Assembly (NCBI GenBank): GCA_043228905.1
Contig: JBHGNT010000006.1
Span: 20,522,001 to 20,586,000 of the forward strand
Source of the DNA: Azolla caroliniana
Taxonomy: Eukaryota; Plantae; Polypodiophyta
Length of the DNA: 64,000 nt
Direction of reading: 5' to 3'
In this document: piece by piece, positions 25,395 to 39,106 of the stretch
Layout: every line of letters starts with the position of its first letter
Numbering within the stretch: the first letter of the stretch is position 1
Notes under the pieces: model-generated
What the model was told of the DNA's origin: nothing
The model's database searches: none
What the model saw: the letters and a program-made list of their open reading frames with translations, nothing else
Program-made: the position numbers and the translations under genes

Positions 25395-28300
25395 CTTATT
25401 CAATGGTTGGGACCTGCTGTCATGTCTGCCTAGTGTAGCACCCATTGGCTGAGGATGAGCAATAGAAAAGTGGCTACCTTGATTAAAACCTACAACTGGT
25501 AGATCATGATTATGGATATATTCCAACTCACCCTCCTCTAAGTCCCCAGACAACTGCACATCAGATCCTATTCTCTGATCTGTCGGTTGATCCATTGCAC
25601 CACCAGTAGGATACTGCGGCAATCCTTGAGCCTTCCTCTTTGCCTCCTCTTCACTGATAAGAACCTGCATAAATGGTTTAGATAGGTTAGAAATCTCCCC
25701 CCTTCTTTAATCATTTTTTCCCCATAAAAGCACTGTAAATATTAGAACATTAACAAAACAAAAACTCTTGCTGTCCTGCTATAGGCAACTCCTCCGAGGA
25801 CAAGGTCTTCCTCTTGTTACAAGTCACGAAAGGGCTACACATGTAAGGTCTTGATCAAAATATCAAAACGGATTCGTGTAGGCCACATCCATCTAGATTA
25901 CAGCCACGTCACCCTTCATAGATGAATCAATGTCGTTACCACGTATAACAAAGATGCTTCCCTCCCTTCCTTCAGAGACCTCTTCATCTTGGATTGGCCC
26001 ATGTAAGAGATCTTTGGAAGGTGGGTGCTTTAGTCCATCTAAGGTCAAAATGACTAGTTTTCTTCTAAAACTAGTGACTCAATTCTATCCTACAGTTTCG
26101 ATGGGATGAAGACATGATAACATTTTCATTTCATCATAGATATGTGCTATCATTCAGAGAACTAGAATGAGTGCTGGCCAGAAAATGGAATTCACCTTTA
26201 AACCATGGTTCTTAGCCATATACACAACAGATTTATTTGTTAAGGTTCCTCACTTTAAGATTGTAAAGAAATATGAGCAAACACTTCGCAGATAATTAGC
26301 CAAATCCAATATTAGAGTGTAATGTCAACCAATGTTAGTCATGCAACATGTTGCAATTTTCAAAACTTGCAAAAAGATTCACTGCATGTTTTTATATAAC
26401 TATTTTGCAATCAGCCAATTATGAATGGGTTTCTGAGTTTCTGAGTGCTGCAATTATGAATGGGTTTCTGGGCATGGGCAAAGAGATATATCATATGACC
26501 ATGTGCTGTACTCATAAAAATTCAAAATGCATACTTGGGAGTATGACTTACCTTATCAAAATCTATGGACTGGTATCTTGAAACGGTTCTGAGATGTGAG
26601 AATGAAAAATGCTTCATGCATGCATTGTTCTTTGCATAAACGAATCTGTAAAAGACCAATACTTTTGTTGGGCCAGGTGAATAGTAGGACAATAGAAAAA
26701 TAGAAAGTAAAATTAAGGGGCCAGGTGAATACATGAAGAGAAACTAAATTGGAAGGAAAGTATATCCTTCCTAATAGTCTAACAGGCCAATACCCAGCCC
26801 TAAAAAAAGCCCAGTTTTACCACCTTTTTTAGGTGAAAGCTAAAAATGTATACAATGCATACAGGTAATGACAATCTATATAATTATCCAAAATATGTGC
26901 ACACATTGTTGGCTTCATAGACTTCTAATCCAGATAGGAGATTACTCATATGAAATTTCTTCTTATTTCTTTTAATATTTCCTTTTTTTCTACCCCTTTT
27001 TCCTCTCTTTCGAAGAATGATAGGAATTGATCTCTCTGTGATATGAGTGCTATAAGTTAAAAACATATTGGTCCATGTCATGATTCATATGATGGAGAGC
27101 TTCAGCTCCTCCTTGTGCTGGGAAAGTAGCAGGAGCCATATTATTCAGTTGGTGAGAGGTGCCAGCTACAGACAAAAACATTTGGCACAATTCAACTCAC
27201 CCACAGCCAAATAAGTATGTGGGGTTTGAATTCTTCTACAAGAGAATTCAGCTAGGAAAGGATCATAAGAGTTTCTTTCCCATTAGTAGATATGTACGGA
27301 TCAAGCTGGTGGTGTCCTGAATACAATTTATATCACGACACAAATTTGATTTTAACATATTTAAGAAAAATCATTGTCCTAACTAATCTGCCTCTCAACA
27401 ATGTGACAAAACAGTTATATCTTCTTCAGGTACCTATACCATTCTACTTTTCTATTTGTATCCAAAACAGGGGTTAAATCTGTGAGTTTCGTAATTATGA
27501 GTTGGGTACTTTAATCGCTCAGCCCAAACAATCAACAGATCATCTTGATTTGAATGAGGTAGATGCTGATGCTGCATAGTTATATACATAACTTCAGAAT
27601 CCAGAAGCTCAGTGGAGGTTGTTTCGAGCAGCAAATCAACAAGAGCAAAGAGCATTGACTTCCCCACTGTTCAGAGACATTTTTGTGGTATTTACCCCGA
27701 CACAGATGCTCACATTGATTTCGTAGCATTCCAAAAGTTGAGGAATTGAACTACAAATGTGAGAATAGAGGTAATAGATTAAGGAAAATGTAACGTTTAT
27801 GGACTTCTCATATTTTTGCCCTTACCAGCTGCCTTTGTAATGCAATAAGTTCATTAAAATAGTGAACAAGGATTCGTTCAGTTACTCATAAAATGCCGGG
27901 ACTGAATAAACTGGATATGTCAAATGCTCCAAAAGCAAAAAAATACTGAAAAAATCATTTTCTATTATCCCATAATAATTATTTTTCTTCTAAGACGGTG
28001 CCCTCATTTTATGTATACGAATGTATGCCTCTCAATAAGCAGTGTTCCTTTCCTTCACTTTACAAAGACCCATAAAAAACCAGACAAACATAGAATAACG
28101 AAATTCACCTGTTTAAGTATCTGTACGAGCTGATGTTTTGTTTCCTGTAACCCTTTCAACTTTTCCTCAAGCTCTGCTTTTTTCTTCGCTTTCCACAAAG
28201 ATAATGAAGTTTCTTCTGTTTTCAAACCATTAGAAATAAGGCAACCATCTAATCCTGCAGTTACCTGCATGAACAAATCCATGTTTCCACACTTGTGACA

Positions 28301-28982
28301 TATGAAGACGTGATTAATCAACAAGTGTTAGTTCCCATAACCCAAAAAACGTACAAAATGTGCTGGAAAAACCTACTCGTTCAGCCGGTTTGATGCATTC
28401 CTCATCTTTGGCTGCAGGTGTACGAGGAGCTTCTAGTCTTTCTGCTTCTTTTTCTTTGCTGTATTCATTCTCGGCCATCATATCATCTCCAGTGGCATCA
28501 GTTCCATGTGCAATCTTGGCATCCTCTGACTGTAGACAGGATTCCTGAGGTTCAACCATCCTCTGGTGATCAAGTCGATCTGGGAAATCTGAGACCGTGG
28601 CTTGTCCATCTTCTTCGGAGCAGGCGGATGGCTTCCTCTCTCCAGAGCCGTTTTCTTCAGTTTCCAAAGCTTCGATGTCCTCTCTCTTCCTCTTCCTGAC
28701 CGGCTCCTCTCCAAGCTGTTCCAAGTGATCGTCGCGATCGCTCTTCCAGGTGACTTGACCCTCAAGGCAGGCGTGATCTGCAGGGGGTGAAGCTCGGATC
28801 GGTTCTTGAGAGACTGCAGGAGGGCCATGGCCATCATGGCGACGGGATCGATGGAGAGCTTCCTGTCGTTTAGCAACGGCCTTCTGGAAGACATGGAGGG
28901 ACATGGAGGGCCTGGAGAGGGGCCATCGCCGGGGGATGTCGGGGACCTTGTGGAGCTTGCCTCGGTACAGAGAGAAATTCAT
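25395..28982 (-). CDS. Conserved land-plant protein of unknown function; exons 28982-28377, 28264-28109, 25664-25395; 3' exon(s) not resolved
   Basis: The N-terminus SLYRGKLHKVPDIPRRW and the coiled coil ELEEKLKGLQETKHQLVQILKQ|VLISEEE resemble an uncharacterised plant family (recalled, not searched). GT-AG phase-0 junctions preserve the frame (344 codons so far). Confidence 0.8.
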
Positions 28983-29124
28983 CGCTCGTATGTAAAAGGA
29001 AGAAGAAGAAAGAAGAAAGAAGAAAGAAGAAGGAAGAAAGAAAGCCTGGTCTGTCTGTCTGTGTGTACTCTGTGAGGAGAAGAATCTCAAAGGGCTATGT
29101 AATTTGTTGGGCAATACATAATGG

Positions 29125-29485
29125 GCAGGTGACCACTCGATCGATCGGTTGGGTGACCGGTCGGTCAGTAGTTTGGACAAGCAATTGGTCGAATCAGTAG
29201 ATCGGTTGACCAGACCATCGATCAATCGGCTGACCATCGGCTGGCTGAACAATCGGTCAATCAGTTGAGCAGTCCGTGGATCGACAGATCAATCTGTAGA
29301 TCAGAGAGGAAGTTTGCTAGTAGATATGATAGGCAGTCTGTCGGTAAGATCATACGGCCGGACAATCGGTCAATCGGTTGGGTAGTTGGTGGATCGGAAA
29401 ATCAATCACTAAATCAGACGGGAAGTCTACTGGTAAATAAGACATGCAATCTGTTGGCAAGATCATACGGGCGGGTGACGGATCT
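29125..29485. repeat. Degenerate GATC/TCGG-rich short-period repeat immediately upstream of the minus-strand gene
   Basis: Dense run of ATCGG, GATCG, TCAATCGG and GGTC motifs; GCAATCTGTTGGCAAGATCATACGG-like unit present twice. Confidence 0.6.
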
Positions 29486-31819
29486 GCCAATTCCTTTTTC
29501 TTGGTCCTCTTCAATCATCGCCGTTATGTGATCCGCTCTACCTTTCTACGGCCCACAAACAATAAATATGTTGTAGAGATAGTTCCGCCTTGTTACTCTA
29601 GGACCTCCATGTTTCAATGTCTAGGTCATCAAATGGCTCTCATGTTGTTGCTTTCTAAACCCCTTGTGGTCACAACGTGTGAGGTAGGTATGGCTTCATG
29701 GTCCAACCATACTTGGAAACACATAGGAAAATTTAACCTCTCTTCTTAATTTGAAGAGATCTCAAACCAATTGATGCCTACTACCGATTACAAACTTGAA
29801 CCTCGACCCATAACTTGCATGTCGTTATTTTTCGTGACATTCTCCCATCTAAGTAAAAAGCGATATAAACCCCAAGAAATCCCTTCTAATGTGTGTGACC
29901 CATCGTCGGTTGTTCCATATTGTTCAAGCATATCAATTGAAGATATCAAACGTCAACGCAAATACTCGAAACTTTAATCACAGACCCATTGTTATGGCAA
30001 CATGTTGTGGTTGGTTGCAATTATACGACAATCAACAACATAGGAATTAGAGGACATTGAAAACATTGATGCCCTCGAAGCCCAAGTGTTTCTTACAATT
30101 AGGGGCTCTATGAATCCTTACTCTTTATCAAGCTTGACAATATGAAACATTATGATTGGAATCAATTACAAGTAAAGACAATGTGAGGAATATGACCCAA
30201 ATTTGCTCCCAAATTTAATTACACAATGTTGAATAAAACTTCCCTAAGTGCAATTTGTGGGAGAAACTAGAGAAATTATGCATGTCAAAGTCATTGATAG
30301 TTAGGATATTTCACATCAAACAAGTGCAGCATTCAACTTCTTAATTTTGAGATTAAAATTGACAAAACATGACCGACCCATAATTTGGTTGGCTTCTTTC
30401 ATATCAATTAAGAGACTTTGATGACCACATTACTAGTTGGGAGACAAATTGTAACAATGGATGAAGCGTCAATAAACCTTCTAGAAACAAAAAAGATCGA
30501 ACAACCAACCAATGGATGAACATTTAAGTGTCAATAAATCTAATGGACAAATTATTGTTCCAAGGCATATCAATGGTGGTTGTATATAAGGGAACCTGAA
30601 TCTACAACCTATGAACATGAATATATCATGGATGTTGATGAGCATGCAATGAAATTTCTTCCCATAATGCAAACATCTAGGGAAACTTGACGTCACAAAT
30701 CAAGGGTCATGAACCCAAGCTCACGGCTTGGAGAAAGCAAGGAATGTACAAAAAACTATGTGTGGCTATTGTATATACTCATCAATTCGGCCATGATGAG
30801 AGTACAAGCGAATCTGTTGGTATATTTGTTTATCCAACACAACTTTTGCAGTTCTTATGATTTTATCATACCAAGGCGTATCTTTCTGGAAAAAAAAAGG
30901 AATGATTGGAGTGTCATTATTGCTACACTAAGGGACATATCGAACGATTTTGTTACGAATTCAAGCAAGACCCCGTAGAAACAAAATAATAATATCAAAA
31001 GCCAATGTAAATAAACAAAATCAAGAAAAAAGCCAATGACTATGAAACTACTCATATGTTGTTGGCATCAATGAATGCATAATCTCTAACAAATTCCTAC
31101 ATACTTGGCTTGAGATACACAAACCGGATTCTTGGACCTACCAACGTTGCGATATGGGCATTGTTCCTATGTGCACTGATTGTATTTGCAAGGTTGTCAA
31201 AATAAGTGCAATAAAGATCAAAATGCATGACTAGATTTTCAAAACATTTGGGCATTTGTCTACCATAGCATTGAGTTGAGAAAAGAGTGGATCTCCTTGG
31301 GAATGCTAGTCTCTCAGTTATAGTTTATTAACCAACGGTGGATTGTGAAAGATGTAGAGAAAGACTGAAGAGTTCTTGTGTGATGAAAGGAAAGAAAACT
31401 AGAAACATGTGAAAGTTGCTTAGACACATACTAAATCCAATAAGAGTAAACATAATATACAAAAACAAATGCAGTTAGGCAATATTGATTAGCATGATTG
31501 GAATGATTTTTTTAATTTACTTATTTTTTTAAACCCTAAGAAAGATACTACTACATTATTATTAAGAAACATCATAAAGTTGTACATGAAATATGTATAT
31601 ATAGGTAATTGCTCTCGTGTTAAGTTCTAATTATCAGCTTAAATAAATATTTTGGAGTAAAAGACTCCACCTTGCCAAAAATTTGCCAATAAAATGTTGA
31701 CTAATGTACCGACTGAGCGGAAGCAAATATAGATGGATCTTGTTTAACAGGAATCAAGCAAGCATGCATCAAGATGAGAAGAATATGGTGTATTGTTCTT
31801 GTCAAGAAGAAATGCACAT

Positions 31820-31850
<31 letters not shown>

Positions 31851-34412
31851 ACATAGAGGCAGTTAGAGCTCAAGAAGATTGTTGCATTACTATTCCCGTT
31901 GAACTACTTTACAAGGCTCATTTTCTCACTTTTATAATTAGGGTGACTAAGCCCTAACTATGAGAATGTGTTCACACTAGGAATACAATTGGGTGGAGTA
32001 GGGCTTTTAGTCCAACAAACTCCCCCATAAAATGTCTACTCTAATTGTTACAAAAAATTAGAGGTTATCTCCCCCGTAAACTTAAATTACAGTTTAATTT
32101 AAATTACAATTAGAATATATACAAGCTAGTTGGTTAATTGCCAAATCAAAAGTGGTAGAGTCGACTCGGGTCGGCTCCTGGGTCCTTTGGCCTTCAATTC
32201 TTCTGGTTAACTTGTTCTCGTGCCTCCTTTTGGATCTACGATTGTCTTTCGTCTTCTTCTACCCTTCACAGCTTTCTGCCTTTCGCCACTAAGTTTAGAC
32301 TCTACCTGTTTAACCATTTGACCCTTCCGATTTCTAACTCTCATGTTGATTCTTCAGATTCAACTGCCTTTTGCTCCTCAGCTTAATGTAGTCCCATTCA
32401 TCTCCTTAGTGCTCTAAAGCCATGATTTGGGAATGGCTTTGTTAGGATGTCAACAATGTTCACCTTAGTATCAACTTTCCAAACTTCGAGCTTCATGTTA
32501 GTGACGAGCTACCGGATATGTTGATACTTCACCTCAATGTGTAGCTTTCATCTTGGCATGATAGACAGGATTCATACGAGGTGGATTGCGCTCTGTGAAT
32601 CGCAATACAAAGTCCGAGTGGGATGGTCGATTCAACTTTTTGCCGAAAAGTCAACCGCCAAATTGCTTCTTTTGTTGCTTTCGCCACGGCAATGTACTTG
32701 ACCTTTGTTGTTAAGAGTGTTGTACATTCTTGGAGCTTTGACCTCCATGATATTGCTCCCCCTTGGTAGGTGAAGATGTAGCCTGATGTCGATTTTTGAT
32801 TGTCAAGGTTGTCAGCATAGTCGAAATCAGTAAAGCCTTTGACTTCGTTCAAATGGTCTAATATGAATGTCAGTTGTATGTCCTTGCTTCCATGAAGGTA
32901 GCGGGATATGTGTTTACAACTTCCTAGTGCTTCTTTCTGGGATTAGATATGTAGCGAGTGGTGGCGCCTATGGCATAGGCAAGGTCGGGTTGGGTGGCCA
33001 CCATTGCATACATGAGACTTCCTACGACCGATGTGTAGGGTATTTTGCTCATGAGCTTAGTCTCAACTTCTATAGGGGGAGACTCCCTGGTTGATAGTCG
33101 GATCGACGTCGGGAGCGAAGTTGGTGCCGACTTCGATTTATCCATCTTGAATCGCCTCAACACCTTACAGATATAGTAATATTAGGAGAGGTGTAGGATC
33201 TTCTTCGTCTGATTTCCCTCTATCTGCATGCCCAAAATATGTTCGGCTTCTCCGAGTTCCTTCATCGAGAATTTCTCGTGAAGTTGTTGTTTCAGTTTCC
33301 CAAATTTGGCTTTATTGCTTCCGGTGATGACAATGTCGTCAACATACAGGATCAGGTAGATCCGAGACTCGAAGTCCAATTGTCGAATGTACACACATTG
33401 GTCAGAGTCAGACCGATTGTACCCAAGCTGCCGGATGTAGGAGTCAAACTTCTAGTACCACATCCTTGACACTTGCTTTAAGCCGTAAAGGCTTTTCTTC
33501 AGTCAACATACGATGTGACCTTACTCTCCCATCGCCATCAAGCCTGCCAGTTGAGACATGTAAATGTCTTCTTCTAGATCTCTGTGTAGGAATGTCGTCT
33601 TGACGTCCAATTGCTCAAGCTCCAAATCTTTTGTCTCTACCACTCCTAGTAGGAGCCGAAGGATCTTCATCTTGACTACGGGAGACAATATCTCATCGTA
33701 GTTGAGGCCTTATTCTTGTTTGAATCCCTTCGCTATGAGACAAGCTTTATACCTGGGTTGATCTGAATGAGATACATATTTGTAGCAGTAAACCCATTTT
33801 AGGGTAGTAATTTCCTTCTGACTGACAATTCAACTACTTCCCATGTGTCATTTTGTCAAATTGAGTCCATCTCAAATTGCATGGCGTGTTGCCATGTTTT
33901 GGCATCCGGTGCAACTATTGCTTCTTCATAAGTGCAAGGTTCGCCTGCATCCCTATAGCTGACGTAGTCCATCCCCAGTGGTTGAACTCTATCGACTTTC
34001 GTACTCGTCCAGATCTCCTCAGTGCTAAACTGTTACATTCGGATTCTTCGACTTGAGCGCTTGGTCGGTCGGCATTCTGTGAACTCTTGTTCAAATTTGG
34101 AGATTTACTTGGGGATATCCGCTCTAGCAATGATATTGCTTCTGTGTAGGATCTACCCCTTCTTCGGGAGTATTTGAATAGTGAGTTGGTGCCTTGACCG
34201 GTTTGGATCAATTATTTAGCATTGTGGATGATTTGGCCCTGGTCATTTTCTAGCCAATTGGAATTCGGTTATTGAACCATTTGCCGATTCAGGTTCAGCT
34301 TGGGGTTGTTGACTGAATTAGGTTTGACATTGGGAGAGATCAAAACTAACTCTCTTGTCGATTCAGGGTTGTGTTTTGCCCGCGATGATCGAGTCTTCAT
34401 TGAAGACCACGT

Positions 34413-36390
34413 TGTCATGATGTGGCGTGCTCGAGGGTGGGAAAAACCGGCGAAAAGGGGGTCAAAAATGTGCATGTGCAATGTGTGTGCACACAAAAGC
34501 GATTAATTGTGCATATGCAAAATAAAAAGGAAAAGAAAGGGTAAAAGGGAGGTATAGAAGCTCGTGCAAAAAGTAAGAGAGAGGTGAGATAAAGGGTAGA
34601 GGGGAGACAACCTATAAATTTATAGAGATAGAATTATATATTATATAAGAAAGAGTTAGTGGGTTAGTGGATGGTCACATTGACTACTAGCTAGAGATGC
34701 ACGGTTCAAATCTAGTCTTATAATGTAACGTGATTTAAGGAATTTTATTCCTTTTTCATTGAAGACAAATTTGGCGACCCCTCCCTTCTTTTTTTCCTAT
34801 AAAAGGAGGTCGAGGGGGGCTCATTTGGAAGGACGTTTTGGGAGGAGGAGACTATCACCAATTTTCCTTCGAAGCTCTTCATCTCCTTATTCACCACTTT
34901 TCTTCATCTCATACCCCTTCATCCCCCCATCGCCACGTGCTCGTGAGCCCAAGCTTCGTTGGCTCGACGTTGCTCCTCCCCATTCGTCGTTGCAAGCCCG
35001 TGTGCTTGCCGTTTGGGTGGTCGTGATTCGTTGGGATTGGCATTTTGGTGGTGCTCGTGTGTTCGTCTTCGCCGTGTTCGGTTTTGCCTTGTCTCTAAGG
35101 GCATTTAATATTTATGTTTTGATTGAGCTTGTGGTTAACTATAAGTTGCCATTGTAAACAAAACCCTATTTTATAAACGGTCCTCTTGCATTAGAATCAA
35201 ACACGTATTTAACTCTTTGGTCAATATCGTTCGTGTTTCTTTCTCTCCTTCTTTCTTTATTCGTGTCTTGTACGTTCAGTCGTCTTGTGACGAGGGGACC
35301 GTTCGGGCTTGCCCATGCACCTCTCCTCCTCATAAAGGCATACGAGCATTTTGTGCGTGTGTTTTGTGTCTTCCTCGTACGTTCGACGTCTTGTCACGAG
35401 GGAGCGTTCAGGCGCGCGCCCATGCACCTCTCCTCCTCATAAAACCGTACGGACATTCGTGTTTGTGTTATCGTCCCCTTGTGCGTTCATGTTGCGTGCT
35501 CATCTTGCTTGTACTCGTTTGGTCACTTGGCTCGTACGGTGATCTCGGAAGGTCGACGAGTCGTGATCAACGAGAGCCACCGGCCTCACAAAACAAAAGG
35601 GGAACGAGACCTTGCTCGGGAAGGGGTGGGGAAGTAGTATTGTCATAAACCAAACCTCGTGTCTTCTTTATCCCTTGAGTACTCCCTAGTCCGAAACCCC
35701 CGTGGTCCCGCCCAAGTAACACGCGCGCGCGAAACTTCGTGACATAAATTGGTGAACCCGACGTGAAAGGGCGGCAAGGGAGAACCAAGATGCGAGGAGG
35801 AGAACTCGTTGAAGCGATGGCGGCGGCGGCGGACCGCTTGGTAAATGCCCGAGAAGGCATCACCGGTCTAGACCGGGCCATAGAGACGATGGTTAGCACA
35901 ACGGAGCGGTTCAATGGAAGAGATATCATGAGCTACTTGGATGCCTATAAGGCCGAAATGCTTATGCGAAACGTCCCCGAAGATAGGCGGCTAACCAGAT
36001 TCGCTAGAGTGGTAACGCCGAGTATCCACGCGGAGGTATTCGAGATCCAAGCGAACTGTTGCAATTGGGTGGAGTTCGAAGAAAGACTCCTCGAGAAGTA
36101 CGGCCTTGATGACTCACTCAGAATTTCGAAAAGGGATCTAATGGAGTGGGTTGAGCTTCCCGGCAAGGGGAGAAATACTATGGTACTTTTACAAGAAGTT
36201 GAGAAGCGCTTCGCGCGACTCTCGACGCTCGATAGGATGGTGCTTGACACAAGCAAGGTCCTGCTATTCATAAAGACTGTTGATGCACGAGACCGAGAGA
36301 AGGTGGGGTCCCTCCTCGAAACTGATGATGGGCTCACGACGGATTGGGCTATGGTAAAACGGGTTTGTAGCCGCTTCAATAAGAGAAGGG
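34413..36390 (+). mobile_element. tRNA-Trp-primed Gypsy, 5' part: LTR 34413-35744, PBS, gag N-terminus (35790-36390)
   Basis: TGTCATGA..CGTGACA LTR with CCTATAAAAGG. PBS TGGTGAACCCGACGTGA is complementary to the plant tRNA-Trp 3' end. Gag is clearly homologous to 61070-61627. Confidence 0.9.
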
Positions 36391-36889
36391 AATTGCAATG
36401 AACTGTCCCCATCGACCAAGAAGGCAGGTAAATCAAATAACCGCTAGTACTAATAGTACTAAACCCGAGTCTATTTCTCTAGGTGTGTCTGATAGTCCTA
36501 ATAGCCCAAGCCTTTCAAACAAATTTGAAATCCTTAGTCAGCTAGAAGAAGAGTTAAATGATTAAGTCCAATCGAAATAGGAGTTCTTTGGTTGGACAAC
36601 CCTAGATCTGTGCAACCCATTAGTGGTTCCATTTCCTCTAACCAAGTTAGCAATGTGTTCTTAGCTTAAGTAATGGTTAGTACTAAAAGTACTCCTCCAG
36701 TACATGAAGCCAACTCTTGCTTCCGAAGCCAACTCTTGCTCATCAGATATCCCTAAGAAAACTTTCTTGCCCAAGATTTGTAGTAGTTATTGATGGTCGT
36801 CCCATTACTTCCAAAAAAATCGTAGAGGAGTCAAAGCTAATTCAAGTTGTCCTACATAACTTGGTGTGTGTAGTATCATTTAATATAAT

Positions 36890-37329
36890 TGTTGAGCGGC
36901 AAGCTCAACCGGATCCGGATCGGCTGGATAAGCCTGAGCCGGATGGGCATCCGAAACCAAGAGCCGGATCGGTATCCGGGTCGGAGAGCCGGATTCGAGC
37001 ACGAACCGAAAGCCCAATAGTAGCCTAGACTACTAGGTAATCATTGTCTCGTAGTTAGTATCAATCGCACGTAGGAACATTGAAGTACACTGTACTTCTG
37101 TTAGTCCTTCTGAGGACTTGTATAAATAGTGTTGTGTAAGCACATTGTATGAAAAGAGTCTACAAAGTTTTTATTTTTTTGAATCTACATTTACGTTATG
37201 GTCTCTCTGTCTCTCTCTCCCGCGTATACTCTCTGTGTATTAAGCTTCTCCATTAAACCATCATCTTATTCTCTGTTGCTATCCGGCTAAGTCGGTTTTG
37301 TCTAATGCTTCCGCACGTTAACATTCACA
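36890..37329. mobile_element. Solo LTR nested in the chromovirus protease
   Basis: TG..CA termini; TSD ATAAT at 36885-36889 and 37330-37334; host reads SFNII|SSLDHPIVLG across it. Confidence 0.88.
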
Positions 37330-38008
37330 ATAATTAGTAGTCTAGATCATCCAATTGTCTTGGGGTTACTGTGATTCGAATTACATAACCCATACATAGA
37401 TTGGAGAACAAGAGAAATCCGGTATCGACAAATCTGAGAATCTACTCATAAGATTGCAACCATTTCGCTACAACGATTGCGTGAGGAAGGACGCAAGGAA
37501 GCAATGTTTATCTTCGCGGTATCAGTAAAACCTTCCAACACTATTAAAGAGAAATCCATAGTTCAACTTCCATAGAAGTATCGTCAGTCTGTCGATGTGT
37601 TCAATAAGGTACAAGCCAATACGCTTCCTCACCACCGACCGTATGATTGCCCCATCGATTTACAACCGGGAAAAGAGCCACCACGGGGACCGATCTACAA
37701 TTTGTCACCAACCAAGCTAGAAGTCCTTCGAGCCTATATAGAAGAGAATTTGGCAAACAGTTTCATTCGACATTCCAAATCTCCATCCGGCACACCCATT
37801 TTCTTCGTCAAGAAAAAGGATGGATCACTTCATCTCGTCATAGACTATCGCGGCTTGAATAAGGTCACCATTAGGAATAGGTATTCACTTCCCCTTATCT
37901 CAAGTCTTTTAGAATGGATCAATGGTGCAAGGTTCTTCACAAAGATCGACTTACGAGGAGCATATAACCTCGTACAGATCCGACCAGGAGATGAATGGAA
38001 GACCGCGT

Positions 38009-39106
38009 TGTCGTGAAGTACGAAAGCTTCACATTAAAAGTCTACAATAAGATAAATACGTAACTAAAATAACATTTGATAATGTTTTATATATAAAGAT
38101 AATATTAACAACACATATGATAATATTATATATATGTAAAGAAAAATAATATATATATATAGATAAATATATTATATTACACGAACAAGAGAGGACTTGA
38201 ACCAATAACCCCACCCTATGACTCTCAAATCTTACCATTTACTCTATACTAGTAATAGACATAAAATAAAGCATACTTTATATTTACTTTATATTACATA
38301 AAGGATTTGCTTCATGATATAAAAATAAAGTTGTATGTTGAATTCAATAGTATTTTGAGACTCAAACCCACAACCTCATACACCAAAGTCAACACACCTA
38401 CCATTAGGCTAGGCCCTTTCTCTTTAAGATTATATTTTCATGTTTATTCTTATTGCATATATTGTTTCATACATAAAAGCTCAAATGAGCGAGATGTTTA
38501 TCATGCATCACATGCATTTCATGCACTACTTGCATGACTTGTACCCTCCAATGCATCATATGCATGGGCACACCTATTTAAATGGTGAAAGAGAAGATCA
38601 AAGAGATATGTATGAGATATCAATCAAATTATGTATTACATAAGAGATACCATAAAAATAGAGAAAGAGGGGAAGAAGTTGAACATAAACATGGAGCTCT
38701 AGCTTGGCGGTCGTGGTGGTCAACTCTCAACAAGAGGGAGGCGGTTCGAGCCTTATCTTCATCAAAATATTGAAGTGAAGATTATAGTGGTCTACGATCA
38801 AGAAAGAGAAGAGCGATTACCTTGCAAGACAAAGTTCGGAGGTTCAACGACGTGCACAATCATTTTGTAACTCTTTCATGAAAATGATTATAAATTTCAT
38901 ACACTTTCTCATATATTATTTTATATCTTATCTTGTCTTATCTTATATTCCTTAAAAATCCTATTTTGTCATATCTTATTGATCTCTATTCACTCCATCT
39001 CTACTCTTTCGTCTCTTCCGTCCATAATCCCAGTGATTCCTTCCTCACTTTCACGTTATCCTTTGTGTGCGCAACGCTACGCTTCTAGGCGAGCCACGTC
39101 ACGACA
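38009..39106. mobile_element. Solo LTR nested in the chromovirus RT
   Basis: TGTCGTG..CACGACA termini; 4-bp TSD GCGT/ACGT; removing it restores [15 protein letters not shown]. Confidence 0.9.

Noticed and set aside
28983-29252. N-terminal extension of the 312-aa ORF
   Set aside because: Non-ATG start running through the repeat and a pyrimidine-rich leader; the conserved sequence begins at ATG 28982.
29500-31300. Possible DNA-transposase or other TE remnants (also 1-520, 3620-4600, 9050-10030, 25790-26040, 63300-64000)
   Set aside because: Only vague coding-like texture; no motif could be identified with confidence without a database search.
35749-35766. tRNA gene
   Set aside because: Only a 17-nt complement of the tRNA-Trp 3' end (a PBS); no cloverleaf.
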